64,000 nucleotides of DNA. Origin: Mobula hypostoma. Taxonomy: Eukaryota. The stretch lies in assembly GCF_963921235.1 (NCBI RefSeq), contig NC_086108.1:21204001-21268000 (forward strand), written 5' to 3'. Shown piece after piece: positions 63,603-64,000 of the stretch (the first letter of the stretch is position 1; every line of letters starts with the position of its first letter). Made by a program: the position numbers and the translations under genes. The notes beneath the pieces are model-generated. The model did no database searches. It was not told the origin of the DNA and saw only the letters and a list, made by a program, of their open reading frames with translations.

Positions 63603-64000
63603 AGCAACATACACAAAATGCTGGAGGAGCTCAGCAGGTCAGGTAGCATCTATGGAAGAGAATAAACAGTTGACGTTTTGGGCCGAGTGTTCTTCAAGAT
63701 TGAGAAGGAAGAGGAAAGAAGCCAGAGTGATAAGATTGCCGGGGGGGGGGGTGGTTGTGGGAGGATAGCTGAAAGACAATAGGTGAAGCCAGGTAGGTGG
63801 GAAAGGTCAAGGGTTGGAGAAGAAGGAATCTAATAGGAGACGAGAATGGACCATAGGAGAAAGGAAAGGAGACCCAGAAGGAAATGATAGACAGTTGAGA
63901 AGAGGTAAAAGGTCAGAGTGAGAATAGAGGCAGAGGGGAGGGGAGGGAAATTTAATGCTGATTCCCATTCCTGTTCCACAATGAGGCCACCCTCAGGTTG
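63603..64000 (-). mobile_element. Penelope-like terminal fragment running off the window; switches orientation near 63955
   Basis: Shared terminus, degenerate hammerhead and purine-rich spacer. Confidence 0.7.

Overview
Eukaryotic, repeat-dense vertebrate DNA. The repeat families suggest a cartilaginous fish, probably a ray or skate, but this is an inference. There are no prokaryotic features, CRISPR arrays or rRNA genes. One host gene is present on the + strand: the first five coding exons of an olfactomedin-like 2B (OLFML2B) orthologue (27083-27253, 27789-28052, 43362-43469, 50509-50691, 60644-60866). All have GT-AG boundaries and compatible phases, there is a CpG-rich 5' region, and the olfactomedin-domain exons lie beyond the window. 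The rest is layered transposon debris: a near-full-length CR1 LINE with an SGNH-esterase ORF1 plus truncated copies, two full-length Tc1 elements with long TIRs, a Tigger4-like pogo element, an RTE LINE, Tx1/L1 3' fragments, Rex1/Babar fragments, DeuSINE/V-SINE/tRNA-SINE relics and many Penelope-like (GIY-YIG) fragments. The most notable non-coding signal is a recurring minimal type-I hammerhead ribozyme in the Penelope terminal repeat. It is intact at 5160-5195 and 44401-44438 (- strand), and also occurs in 80-110 bp insertions, two of them TSD-flanked. Family assignments come from recalled motifs and consensus sequences; no database search was run.
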